Positions 1-12,057 of a stretch of 64,000 bases of DNA are shown here, piece after piece. A program made the translations under genes and the position numbers. The notes under the pieces were generated by a model. It saw only the letters and a program-made list of their open reading frames with translations, did no database searches and had not been told where the DNA came from. Each line of letters starts with the position of its first letter. The stretch's first letter is position 1. This DNA comes from Ramazzottius varieornatus. Its lineage: Eukaryota; Animalia; Tardigrada. The stretch covers positions 899,481 through 963,480 of the forward strand of contig BDGG01000002.1 in NCBI GenBank assembly GCA_001949185.1. Direction: 5' to 3'.

Positions 1-824
1 AACGTAGGGAATGGGGAGAACTAGCCATTATAGCGTAGCTTCGCAGATATCTAACATACAAAGGAGCATGAAAACTAACAGGTAAGCCAAACATCAATAG
101 TTACTGAAGTCTAGGAAGTCAAGTGGCTACTTCTATACTAGTGTCAGTGGCAACGTCGCACGAACATTATCAAATCAGAGCTAGGCGAAGCCTATAGACA
201 ATGTGAGCGATAGCCTAAACTGAGCAAACTAACCCTGAAGGTAGACCACGTCGTTACAATGTTCTCTTTTTCGATAGGCTAAAAAATCGGTTGGCACACA
301 TTTTTCTGCATTGGCATCTTTCCTAAAAACGTTCCTGGATTAGACCATCAGGAAAGTTACGCCAGACTCGCAAAGCTTCGATCTGAGAAAGTATCACAAG
401 GGGGAAACGGCTCAAAGCGAGCTTTCCGGTTCGGTAAGCTAGGCCGGTTGCTGCCCCGTTTCTTGTCCACTTAGAGCTATCATGTGGAGGCGTAATCGTT
501 AATTTCTGAATGTCGAGTAATTTGGAGGTGAACGTGGTTCATTGTGTTGTGTCTAAGTGTTTCATGAATGTCCACTTGAGTGTCGCGTGCCAGTGTCAAA
601 TCGCTCATTGATATTCACTTTGTCCTCTCACTCCAGTACATCACGACAGCGTGTTGAAAGTCTGCAGATTTTGAATTAAACCTCCACCCACTAGGCCTAT
701 TCGATTGTTCCGAACGCGCACCGGCCAGCAACTACAAGGCATCCCAAATCTTTGTTTATATCGCGAAGCAAGCGACGAAATATCGAAGGCTAGAAAAGAA
801 CTGTGTGGAGGTCTCGTTCGCCAG

Positions 825-995
825 CAGTCCTGCGGAGCTATTTAGCTCGTTTAGCTCATTTCGCCTTTCTTCTACGAGGTTTTTTCAAAAAGCTCATACA
901 GGTTCGTGCGCTGCACAACCCTGTTTTGCGTTTTCGTAGAAAAAAGGCAGATTTAGCTCGCGAGCTAAAACGAGCTAAATAGCTCCGCAGCTCTG
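825..995. mobile_element. hAT-type MITE (171 bp)
   Basis: CAG...CTG termini; inverted arms cagtcctgcggagctatttagctcg / cgagctaaatagctccgcagctctg; exact 8-bp TSD TTCGCCAG at 817-824 and 996-1003. Confidence 0.85.
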
Positions 996-1440
996 TTCGC
1001 CAGTTTGTTTTAACAGCCGAATATGGATACGGTACAACGAGCAATATTTCTTGTAGAGGCTCGAAGAGAAAGAAGAATGGTGGGTAAGAGCCGTGAATTT
1101 TGACATGCGATGTGAGCGGATATGGGCTGGTATGCGCCTGTAGCGCCATCTACAGAAGGACTAGAATCTGTCTCGTTCCGCTACTTCCCTTTTCGTCACG
1201 CGTTCGATGCCTTTGGCGTAACTTAAAATTATTCTCGGTCCACGCCGTGAAAAAGAAGCTTTTACGGGTCAAGAAATCAGGCGAGCGTAACTGCATGAGA
1301 GCATTATAGATTAACAAGAGTTTTCACATCAAGTAGGGAATTCTAAAGTGGAGCAGCTGAGTGCAATTCTGCGATGGACAGAAGGCTAACTCGAGAAGGA
1401 ACATGAATCCATACGATAAAAGAAGCTAGGCATAACTTCA

Positions 1441-3846
1441 CAAGGGATTAACGCCAGTCTGTCCACTCTGATCCTCAAACCAATATGATAGCATGATAGA
1501 GCAGAGTTTGCTCCACAAACTGAGATAAACTAAATCGGCGAAATAAAATCCTGGAAGACGCCACAGGAAGCGGAAGTGACGTCAAATTCAGGGCGGATCA
1601 CCAGTGTGACAGCAAATCAACTGATTTGATTGCCTGATGGTTGATTTAATATTGATTGAACCAGTTGCGCTTGTACTCTACGCTAAGCCAAGCGTAATCA
1701 GTTTTGCTGTGCCTGTTGCTTCATTGCTCTTACATTCATCGTTCCGTTACCGCGTGATTTCCACTGTCGCCCGAAATGAATTCCGTTAATCCGATGAATG
1801 TGATGAAGCTTCTGGAGGAGGACTACAAGCAGCTCTTCCAACTGGATGGACAACCGAGCGAGGCTGATAAGCAGTTAAAAGAACTCGTCAAAGGTATTGT
1901 ACTGTTGCCGTTCACTATGGCTGACATTGATATGAGATATTCCACCTTTCTGTTTCTGTTTCAGAATTTATGGATGTTAAAATCAACCGATCAGGTAGTT
2001 CTTCGTTGGCACTTGAAGAAGACCTGCAATATGAACTGCAAACAGACATGCAGACGTTCGACGAGTTCGAGAAGTTGGTTGCTAACCAGCTGGCTGAACC
2101 CGACGAAAATCCTAGCCAAGAAGATAAAGTCGAGCCTCTCTCCAGTGGAACGGAACCATCGTCCAACGAATTCCATGTCCCGCGAATACCGAACCCAAAA
2201 CAGCCGCCACGTAACGCAGTCACTCTCGACTACAAGAAACGCTCCGTCGCTTTCTGGAGGAATGTCGCTACGAAGAAACGACGTAGCCTTTCGTGTGTCC
2301 AGACCAAGTTCAAGAAAGTCACAAGTATTCGACAACTCCAAGAATGGGAACGACATGTTGCTGAGGGCGGTTCCAGATATGATAAGCTGAAGGCGCTGCG
2401 TTTGGAGACTGGTAAGCAGTTCTTCCTGGCCAAGCAGAAGCCTCATATTGTGAAAGATATGGATATTCGACGTTGGGCTGTTACTGCGAACCGAACCATT
2501 GGCCTGGTAGGTTTCACGGCGTCTCCGGACTCGGTGGGAAAGTTGAAGAGGTAAACACATTGAAGTATTAAAATGAAATATGTATCATTGCTTACGCAGA
2601 TCACTTCAACCGAGAACTTCGCTCACGAGTTACTGCGCCACACTAACGGGGTCGATATTGTAGGTATTACGGCATCGTCCATCGGAAGATCACCAAGTTC
2701 GTGACCGACAAGTACATTCAAGAAGCTCCGCAAGTAAAGAAAACTGGAGAGGAGTGCGTCGCCCTTGTCAGATCGAGGATCTCAGATTACGGCTTGGACT
2801 GTATGTGGAACACGGATCAGCCTGGGTTCGATTACGAGATGAGACCAGTGCGCACACTGCATCTGGCCGGCGCAAACCATGCTCTTGCGATCTGTCAGTC
2901 GGAGAACTCCATGACGCATAGCTACACGGTTATGATGACTATTTCGCCCGGCACGCGCAAGTTTCTCCCACAACTTTGGATCACTCTCCAGAAGGGCAAA
3001 GGCGTTTTCGGTCCAATTGTGGCAAGGACAATGTTTAAAGCTGACAACCTGTATGTCACTGCTTCGGCTTCGGGTAAGATGACAAAGAAGCTCTACTTGG
3101 AATGGGGTGAAAAGATATTGTTTTCTCATGTGGAAGATCGCTGCATTCTGCTGGCCGATTCGTGGAGAACCTATTCTGACCAGGAAGCTGTTTTGGAATT
3201 CAAGCCTGAAGAACTGGAATACGAAATGATCACGATTCCTCCGAAAGTGACTGGTGATATCCAACCACTGGACAGACTCTTCGTCCGAATGTATAAAGAC
3301 TTCTTCCGGAAGATCTCCAGTTTCATCATTTTGCACAGCCTTCCACTTCAAGTTCATCATCGAGACGTAATCCTCAAGATGCATTCTTTGGTTTACCAAC
3401 AGTTTCAGTCTCCCCGGTTTGGAGACCTAGTGAACCAGGCCTGGCATTTGTGCGGCTATACTGACGAGTCCTTTGACTATGTAAATCCTACCGAATTCGC
3501 TTTCCCCAAGAAGTTGACTGGTCATTGTGACCATGAAAACTGCGACGACCGGCTTTTGCTTAAGTGCGGCTGGTGCAAAGCTCCTCTCTGCTTCCATCAC
3601 TTCTACGATCAGTATCACGTCTGTAAAATTTATCTTCCATGAGTTCTGTGAAATTTTAGACTGTGCTAGTATAGTTGGTCATGTCATGTCGATGTAAGAA
3701 TTTGACGTCACTTCCGCTTCCTGTGGCGTCTTCCAGGATTTTATTTCGCCGATTTAGTTTATCTCAGTTTGTGGAGCAAACTCTGCTCTATCATGCTATC
3801 ATATTGGTTTGAGGATCAGAGTGGACAGACTGGCGTTAATCCCTTG
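1441..3846 (+). mobile_element. Tc4/Tc5-like (pogo-related) DNA transposon, full-length copy 1
   Basis: 149-bp TIRs at 1441-1589 and 3698-3846, identical by eye, starting CAAGGG; 3-bp TSD TCA at 1438-1440 and 3847-3849; internal spliced transposase gene. Confidence 0.95.
1776..3642 (+). CDS. Tc5-like transposase, ~560 aa; exons 1776-1893, 1965-2550, 2664-3642
   Basis: Two GT-AG introns join three ORFs in frame (1683 nt). HTH-like region (FTASPD..GKLKR); catalytic motifs WNTD, LLAD, IQPLD with 37 residues between D2 and D3; C-terminal Cys/His domain (CDHENC..CGWC..CFHHF..HVC) like the Tc5 C-terminal domain. Confidence 0.9.
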
Positions 3847-5256
3847 TCAGCAGTAGATCAGACGTTTCCGCCGAGGCGTTAACATCTGGGAATTTGTAAT
3901 GATACTGTATGCAATAGTAGTGGTGGTGTCAGGGCGAAAGATATCGATCGCGTTAACTAACGATACGACGAGGGGTACCTCTTCATACAGTATCAGAAAC
4001 TGCAAGGGTGTCTTTTCTTTATCGTGGGCTCTATGACACGCTGCGGTAACCATTGAACAATCATTATCAGGTAGATGCAAGTCTTCAGAAGGTACATCGC
4101 GAGCAGGAACTCCACCGAAGCCCTAGTGTATTCCAAAAGACGGCATGATTGAAGAACCAGTTACCATCGGCATTGATATTTGGGTATCGGCGGCTCAATT
4201 TGCAGCCCGACGATGGCTACTAAAATTGTTAAAGAAGCAAATTTGAAGTTGTCGGACCCCCGGGGCAAAGTTAAATTTCTGATTCTAGAGTTCGACATTT
4301 TGAAAAAAAAGTTTATAACATCACACAGCGTAAAAATGCGCCCGCATCTGCTTAGACGCAAATCCCCCATGCGAGGTATCATTTCATATCTCAGCTACTG
4401 TATTAATCACACCCAGATTCTTCAAAAAAATCTTCTCACAAAGGCGAACATATTTGTATGAGATTCTGTCCGTGGCGAAGCTAACACTCGATGTCCGTCA
4501 AGAATTTGCTGTCAACAAAGGATCGTTCGAGGTCAAAAAAGGTGTGCCGCAAATTGGGTCGCCGACACCGGGTGTCAGACACCCATACGGTGTGCTGTTG
4601 ACGAGGCAGGTAGACCACAAACAGCGTTCTAGCATCACATGCAGAACAAAGCTGGGTGCTCAAGCGAACAGTATTTTTTGAATGGGACAGTAATGCCAGA
4701 GTGAATCCAGTTTAGTTATGAACCCACTTTGGTAATACTGGAACACCCTCACATGTCGCAAGCGCTGTGAGAACGCTGTCGGAGCGTTGATGTGTGGTCT
4801 CTTTAAAGTTACCGCCTACCCATATGCCCTCCAATTGCTTTACCTTCTTGCTTTCTTGGTCCTATTTCCGTCTTGCTGTTAGACACCTTGCCCATGTGAT
4901 GTGACCAGCAGACGTACGCAGCATGAAGGACCACAGAAAAGATCCAATAGGATATGCAATCCTTGCTCGTCATCTTGTTGATGCGACGGCCAGTAATCCA
5001 CCATTACTCGTGCACATGATGGTTAGAACATTTGGTGAACATCAGCCAGCATAAGACCATTAGAAGAAAGTTTGAGATAAGTTTGATTTTCCACGGCAAG
5101 GACGGAGGTTGTCCAGGCCGCGTACTGACTGCGGTATATATCTAGGCGTCAAGACACATCGTAGTAGCCCACCAAGCGCAACAGTAATCATCGCTAGGCC
5201 TAGAAAAATGGTTCCGTTTGAAGGGGTGAAGAAAAACCACTAGAACTCCGATTTGC

Positions 5257-5439
5257 AGTGGATTAGACCAAGTGCTGGTCGAACCAATTGGTTTATCGGT
5301 TTGGCCTCTTGGTCCATTTGACCTGTGGTCTAAATTTTACACTGTATTTCGACGAATGGTTTAGTTAACATGAAACATCTGGACCAAAGGTCGAAACCAA
5401 TTGACCAATTGGTTCAACCAAATCCTGGTGTAATCCACT
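5257..5439. mobile_element. Imperfect palindromic MITE-like element
   Basis: Arms agtggattagacca..gaaccaattggt versus accaattggttcaacc..tggtgtaatccact; no clear TSD. Confidence 0.6.
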
Positions 5440-6133
5440 CTATCCCGATCAAACAAGCCGTGAGAGTTCCTCACTTGTGGTGGCAGTACTCCCGAACACT
5501 TGATCCACGAGGATAGTATCTGCACTGAGTCCTCCTGAAAATGCGCAAATGTAAAATAAACTGAACGTTGGCGCTTGACGCTTTTGCATTGAAACATCCA
5601 CGAGGTCAGCCCAACGGCTCCAGTAGCGAAGCCTCCAACTTAGCCAAGTTGTTGCATACTGTAGTTAGACGCCATTGATTTTTCGAACGAAACTACGATT
5701 TTGCTGTGCTCAACGCGGGCCCCGTTTATAAACCGATTGACGCCCACTTCCAATTTGGTTCAGTCCCAACCAAAAACATACCTGGGAAACGTCGGTGTGA
5801 TCCTACTACGACGCACCATCAACTCTTACACACATCTTGGTTATCCTCTGGGAATCCTATAAAGTCAGCCCTCTTACCCGGGGATCAGAAAAAGAAGGAC
5901 GGGCAGCAGGAAGGGAAGAGAAGGCGCAGTATTCCGAAGAATACCCAAGAACACCTGTTATGGATGAGCGCGCATTCAATACCAACAGCGGTGCCGCAGC
6001 GCAATAGACTTTGTGGAAAACATCAGGCCTGCCGCTGCGCAATAGCCAATGCGACAAACAGTTAGGTGCTCGTCATGTGACTAGCGGCTCGAATTGAGAT
6101 CGGTTAGTTTGGTTTCACCTACGTAGCGCATCG

Positions 6134-6328
6134 ATGAGTGCAGTATACGTACATGGCTAACTCATCAGTTGGTGCCGTGACGTCAGTCTCAACATTGCCG
6201 TTCCCCAGCTGTTTGTCACAATAGAATTTTCCATCGACAGGCCTGGAAAACAGTAGGGGAATGGCAACCATGGCCCTGACATCACGAGTCGAGCCGACAA
6301 GTTAGCCGTGTACCTACGCTGCACTCAT
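6134..6328. repeat. Degenerate long inverted repeat (old MITE)
   Basis: atgagtgcagtatacgtacatggctaac pairs imperfectly with gttagccgtgtacctacgctgcactcat; inner arms (gtgacgtcag/ctgacatcac, ttcccc/ggggaa) also pair. Confidence 0.5.
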
Positions 6329-9300
6329 AAAGCCGTTACGTAAAAAAAGTCGAATCTGACTGAATTCGCTGAATCAGGGATGAGTTGATCGTGACGTCAT
6401 CGGCCGTACATGGAGGGTAGTTTTTTTCTCTACAAAGTCTATTATGCAGCGGCACCGCTAAATACTAATCAAGTTAAATGTTGAGCCGTACGCTGGACGT
6501 ACGCCTCCATGTACCAAAGTTGTTTATTAATGAAGAACTTTTTAGAAGAACTGGTGGCCCATTAAGCACTGTAAGCTCGACTTTTGTCCAGCCAAAGTGG
6601 AGTACGTGATGAAGCTCTTATTCTACCACACACGACCTCGACCTTAGTCTCGCTCGACCAGACCATTTTGTTTGTGTTTCATCTGATTTGGTCCATCACA
6701 CCAAAATGTTACATGGAATAAATGGCGTTCACAAAAGCTTAGAATGTCAGGAGCGATAGAGCTAAGGCTCTTGACCTCACTGATACTATGCAAAGGTGTA
6801 TAAGTCTTCACCTGCCAGCAACAAAGACTTCAGCAACTGCCGGCTTTTGGCATGGAAGGTCGTTCACAGGCGAACAGCGCTGCCGTCCGTCTTCCTCACG
6901 CGTGGGCTTCCCACAATAGCGACAAAGGCTTTGGGGAATGCTGAACAGCAACACTAAACGGCCGTTACAGTAATTAACGTTGCTAGTACAACTTGAGTGA
7001 TCCGCATTCGGCCAAACATCTTCACCGAGACACAGTAGAAACCTGCTGTTGAACGGATGCTCATCAAAAGACCAGATTTTGCTTACGCGGAAACGATCGC
7101 AACATGGAGACGTGGTGCGAAGGTGCACACAACTGTTTTACGCGATTCTACGTTGCTACGCCGCAAACTAGGCGGATACCGATTTTAGCCACCGATGGTC
7201 TATTCGGCATCAAAGCGCAGGAAACACAATTAGTTTTGTCAAGTCCGGACAAGGGGGTATTTAGGGAGCGAAAATTCGGAATAAATCTCGTTGGTCTCGA
7301 ACGATAGCACGCGCAGACGATGGAACAACCAAATAGGCAACAATTCGAATCATGGACCCGATTGAAGAACTGCAGAATTAGAAAGCTTAGCATGCGATAA
7401 CTCGGATCGGCTGATAATGTTTGTACTGGTGGTATTGCCATTTGATCTGCTTTCGGGAGACCGTGTCGGCCGCCAGCACCAGAAGGTCCAACACGCAGGT
7501 TGCAGTCTACTCGCTCGGAATGTGTACAAACTTTTCCGATTTCAAACAGGAAAATCATCCAAAGTGAGCGATAGTGCTCGCCAAGTCTAGCACAGCTGAA
7601 TACCTGCAACTTGGTTACAGTACTTGATTATGTACATCGGTCAAAGCATTGTGTAAAGTCTGTGTTACGCAATTTTGGCCTGCGGTCTGGCGTGCTGGGC
7701 GGTGAGCGTTTAGCAGGCCTTAGAGCGAAATCGGAAACTTTTGTACACATTTCGAGCAACGGGACTGTCCAACATGATCAGGTCCCATGGACATTAAAAG
7801 CGATCGAGTGTCCGCATGCCCAAGTCTCGGTAGCATGCGCCAGCAACTCTCCATCCATAGAGATCAAATCATCTCAGAGACGCTATCGAACCTGGTTCTT
7901 CGACTTTTTGCAACAAGACTCCCTGTTGCGGCAAGAAAAGAACACGGGTTCTACAGTAGCATTGAGAGAACCGCAACCAACATCGCTCGAGATTTTGGGG
8001 GTTTTATTCTTTTATATACAGCCCGAGGCGGCCAAGTGACTAACTACCACCTACAAAATTGGCGCGTTCTCGATCGGGGTTTTGCTCGACTTTGGGACTA
8101 ATTTCCTTTGTTTTAGAATTCTTTTTGCAACCCCTAAAAAATAGATGATCAGAAATCTGCTCGATGATCAGAAATCTGCTCGAAGTCGAAATCAGTGTGA
8201 AACCAGGCATGGTGACAAGTGGAAACTGCAACCAACTTTCGTAGTTTACGGAGTCCATTTCCGAAATTTATTTCTCAGTTTTCAGTTGGCGGCCTGCGGT
8301 AACTTTATTGGAAATGAAAAGTACAAGGACCGGCCTATCTGAAAAATGGTCGAGAGCACAAATCGGCCGTTTAGGGCAAGAACAAAAATATTTACCGCGA
8401 AGAGGGGTTCCCCGGAAAATGGCCAAATTAAAGTTTTAATTCACTTGCCAAGTTGGTTTGGCTACTTCATGATGTTTTTCGGTTTTAAATAACAAAATTG
8501 GCAGTCTTACGTACGTTAAGATCAATTTTAGGCTTTATAACCGAATAAGGAATTTTATAGGTAAGGTTTCGGTCATGAAAAGGTATCTTCCCCACCAAAA
8601 GTCACGCCGATGAAGTTTCCCAGGCTATTTCTCAACCGATGTGAATCTGTCGTATCTCAGTGGAAACATCTCGAAAAGTTCTTTGGAAAGTGTGGAGGAG
8701 TGGACGATAATACGTAAACCGATTCTCTCGCAGCGCTTTGTTCAAGTGGTAGTCACTTGGCCGCTTCCGGCTGTAAGACTGAGCTGACAATTTTGTGAAA
8801 TCTTCGAGCACGAAGGTCCGAAACAATAACTTCATAGCATGCAGAATCTACGAGCAATTTATGCAGCTACACCCTGAGCGCGCCACTGCCACCACCTACT
8901 ATATCAAATTTCTCTCGACGCGATTCTTGTTTAACTTTGAAATAGATTTTCATCGATTCAAGATCCTGTTTGCTACTTTCTGAAAATTACTGGTCAAAAA
9001 ACTGTTTACAAAAAGTCGAAATCGAAATTAAACTATGAGAGGCGCGAAGTGAAAATTACAATAACTTTCGCAAAATTTTGGACTATTTTCGAAAACTATT
9101 TTTTCAGTTTTCTGCTGTCGTCCCACAGTTTCTGGAAGTAATTAGAAATGAAACTGACCTACAGGAAAGTGGGCGGAGAACACGAATCTGATGTTTTGGA
9201 AAAGATCTAGAAATTTTTCGACCAGAGGAAGGTTCCCGGCAAAGTGTAAAACTCTGGCGGTCCCAATTCTGTTGTCGTGTTAGTTTGGAACTTTCCTGCT

Positions 9301-10102
9301 TTTTCTTCATTTTTTCTGACCAGCAACGTGGATGTCAGTCTGTTTACATCGGTTTGAGGATGAAAAACTCCAACTTGGAGTTTTGAAGACTACATATGTA
9401 CATATGGATGTGTCATGCGTTACCGCAGGTCGCCATCACAAATTGTGAAGGTTGAAAATTTGAGCGCCATTTACAGTAGGATCGTCTGGTTCCTCCGGTA
9501 CACTGCTGCCACGTATGAGACAGCGATCTTCGATTCCGCCTGGGTCTCACTGTTCCCCATTAAGTATCCAACCGGAAACAGTTTTTGTGAAGGCTTCTCG
9601 CAGTGCCGGTCGCCTGTCTCATTGTCCCTCATTAAGATACAGTACCTCGCAGCCGTCTGACTACTGGTCAGACGTTCGAATCTACTCCAGATTCTGGTTC
9701 CTCGATGTTTGATACACCTGAATGCATCAGCAGTTTAAATTTGCCCTTGGCGTCCCTAAACTTCAAACTCGTTTCCTGAACAATTTGACGTTCGAGCGTT
9801 TGTATGAAAATAGAGCTGTCAATACCCATATAGTAAATCGGTAGCTCCCACCGTCGACGACCACCGTTGGACAGTAAGTGCATTCAGCCACGCTGCCATG
9901 TCGACGTCACTGAGAACTGCGCTAAACGGGCTAAGAGAGCCCGTCCCGAAGAAGAATACAGGAAGACGCAAATCAGGAAAGTGGTTTCACAGGTTTCATT
10001 ACTGTAATTGTATCATCAATACTTTCCTGCATACGTCTACTGCTTTTCCGATGAACAGCTTCTTAGAATTTTGTGTGCGATTCAGAGTATCTTGATTGCA
10101 GA

Positions 10103-11207
10103 ATGACGAACTCGTCCGAGTCCGACTATCTGCACCACGCTGTCCAGCTTCCGTTTATGGTTATGTGGGCGACGTTGACGGGATCACTGCTGGCCGTTGC
10201 TTCGATATGCAACGCCTGGAACCTGGTTTGTCTGGTATTCTTTGTGTATTCAGGACGATGCACTACAGCCCACGTTCTGTCGGGTGTCCTCTTCCTCAAC
10301 GACTTCTTCTCCTCCACCGTCTTCTATCCCGGCATCGTAATCAACATTCTGAGAGGTAACCAAGGATTGTGGCGGGAAAGATGGTTTTGCCAGTTGATCA
10401 GTTTCGGAGGAACTCTGTCAGCCGTGTGCTCCAGCATGTCCAACACGCAGATTGCCGTCTTCCGCGTCTACATGGCCTACATGCGACACTGTCCTGCATA
10501 CAAAATCCGGGCACAAAAGAAGCACGTTGCGGCAATCCTCGTAGCCTTCACTTACTTTCTGAGCGCCTTGGTTCCCAGTATATCCTACCTTCCAGCAGGT
10601 ACTCGAGAGATTGACCCTCCCTATGGCTTCTGCGGTCTGGAGCCCCATAGACAAGATGGAGCCATCAAGCTAGTCAAACTGATAAGCTGGGTCTTCGCTC
10701 CCACTACAGTTACTTCAATGTGTTACTGGATGGTTTACAGAATGCTTCGGGAAACAAAGCGGGGCAATCAGGATCGCATCAGTGCACGACTGCGACGTTT
10801 GTTTATTCGAATTCGCTGGATGGTCCTTTTAAAAATCTTAGCCCATTATCCTGTTGCTCTGTTTTACCTGTTACGGGCGGATGAAAGCCCTAGGCCAACT
10901 ATCAACTTGATCGTCCTCACCCTGCATTTCTGTTCACCATTGTTCAACGCGGTAATCCATAAACAGCAAGAACCTACTAACTTCCACTTGATCGTTTCTT
11001 TCCTTGAAGGTTTTGTACGGTTTCGCGGACCCTCTAATGATGCCCCCATACCGCGTGATCGACGACCACCTGGGATTTATCAAACCTTGGAAAAACTGTG
11101 TCTGCTGCTTCCCCTTCTCCCAATGGCTAACCAACGCCAGCACCGAGCGGTTACCGCTACCTCGGATTTGCCAACCAAGACTACCTGCTGTGGTGCTTGT
11201 CAGCTAG
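10103..11207 (+). CDS. Orphan class-A-like 7TM receptor A, ~348 aa; exons 10103-10951, 11010-11207
   Basis: Seven hydrophobic segments; TM3 Cys (WFCQ) and ECL2 Cys (FCGL); splicing restores TM7 FNAVLYGF; exon 1 is 849 nt with the same intron position as the paralog. Confidence 0.85.
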
Positions 11208-12057
11208 TTTCTCAAAACGCCTTTGATCGATACATATAAAGTATCGTTCAGTCTCAGGCTATGGTCCTGGGATATTTGGTTCGTGTTTAGGCTTTAAGCG
11301 GTAGCTTCCGCTTTCTGGCTTCCTACGTACTTGCCGTCTTCTGACGTACTGCAAGAAGCGAATTTCAAGTAACGGCTTGTGGAAGGGAAGTTAAATTACC
11401 GATGACGTCACCTCATCCGGCTACTGAAACATAAGATAACAACGGAGCCATCAGCGACGTCGAATCGTCGGTACTTGGCGCAACCCTCCGCTTTCCGATG
11501 ATACCAAGCGGAGCCAAGTCAACCAATTTCCGGCTGTGGAACGATCCTGTCCCCTTTTGTGCCAGTCTAATGTTTGGCCTACCTGCGGGCAAGGTTAGTC
11601 GCGCCCTATACAACAGTACTGTAATGCTTCATTAACTTCGCGGAAGGAACGTCACAGTTCGCCTAGAGTGTACCGATATGGTCAGCCATACAGCACACGC
11701 TGACTGTGACGTCACGTCGCGAAGTTTAGGAAGCATTACCGTAAACGCTGAACCAGCGCGTGGATAATTAGGCGGTAATCCCACATCCGACACTTTACAT
11801 TTAATATTGGATAAATGGACCAAGAACGCTCCCAGGCCATGTCAGATCGCCACGGCACATAAAAGTGCGTAGGCAATAATCCCAAGTAATCATCTTCTGG
11901 AAAGAGCCCATTAATGAGATCACCTGCGTCATCGAGATGCGATACCGTATACGTGTGTGGCGAACTTGAAAGATTCTTTCTGGACTCTAAGCTGCCTGCT
12001 CGCTCATACTGTACCTGCCTTTTTGGTGGTTGAATATATTGTTTTTGCATTTCTCAA

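Noticed and set aside
1991-3399. Antisense ORFs of 189 and 205 aa inside the transposon
   Set aside because: Reverse-strand shadows of the transposase with no motifs.
6808-7609. Cys-rich minus-strand ORFs resembling a Ly6-like or decayed membrane protein, with a possible short intron near 7042-7086
   Set aside because: No consistent open frame or convincing motif could be built; possibly a decayed gene.
7950-9350. AT-rich tract resembling the interior of a non-autonomous element (similar tracts at 4160-4680 and 13920-14480)
   Set aside because: No TIR pair or TSD could be resolved.
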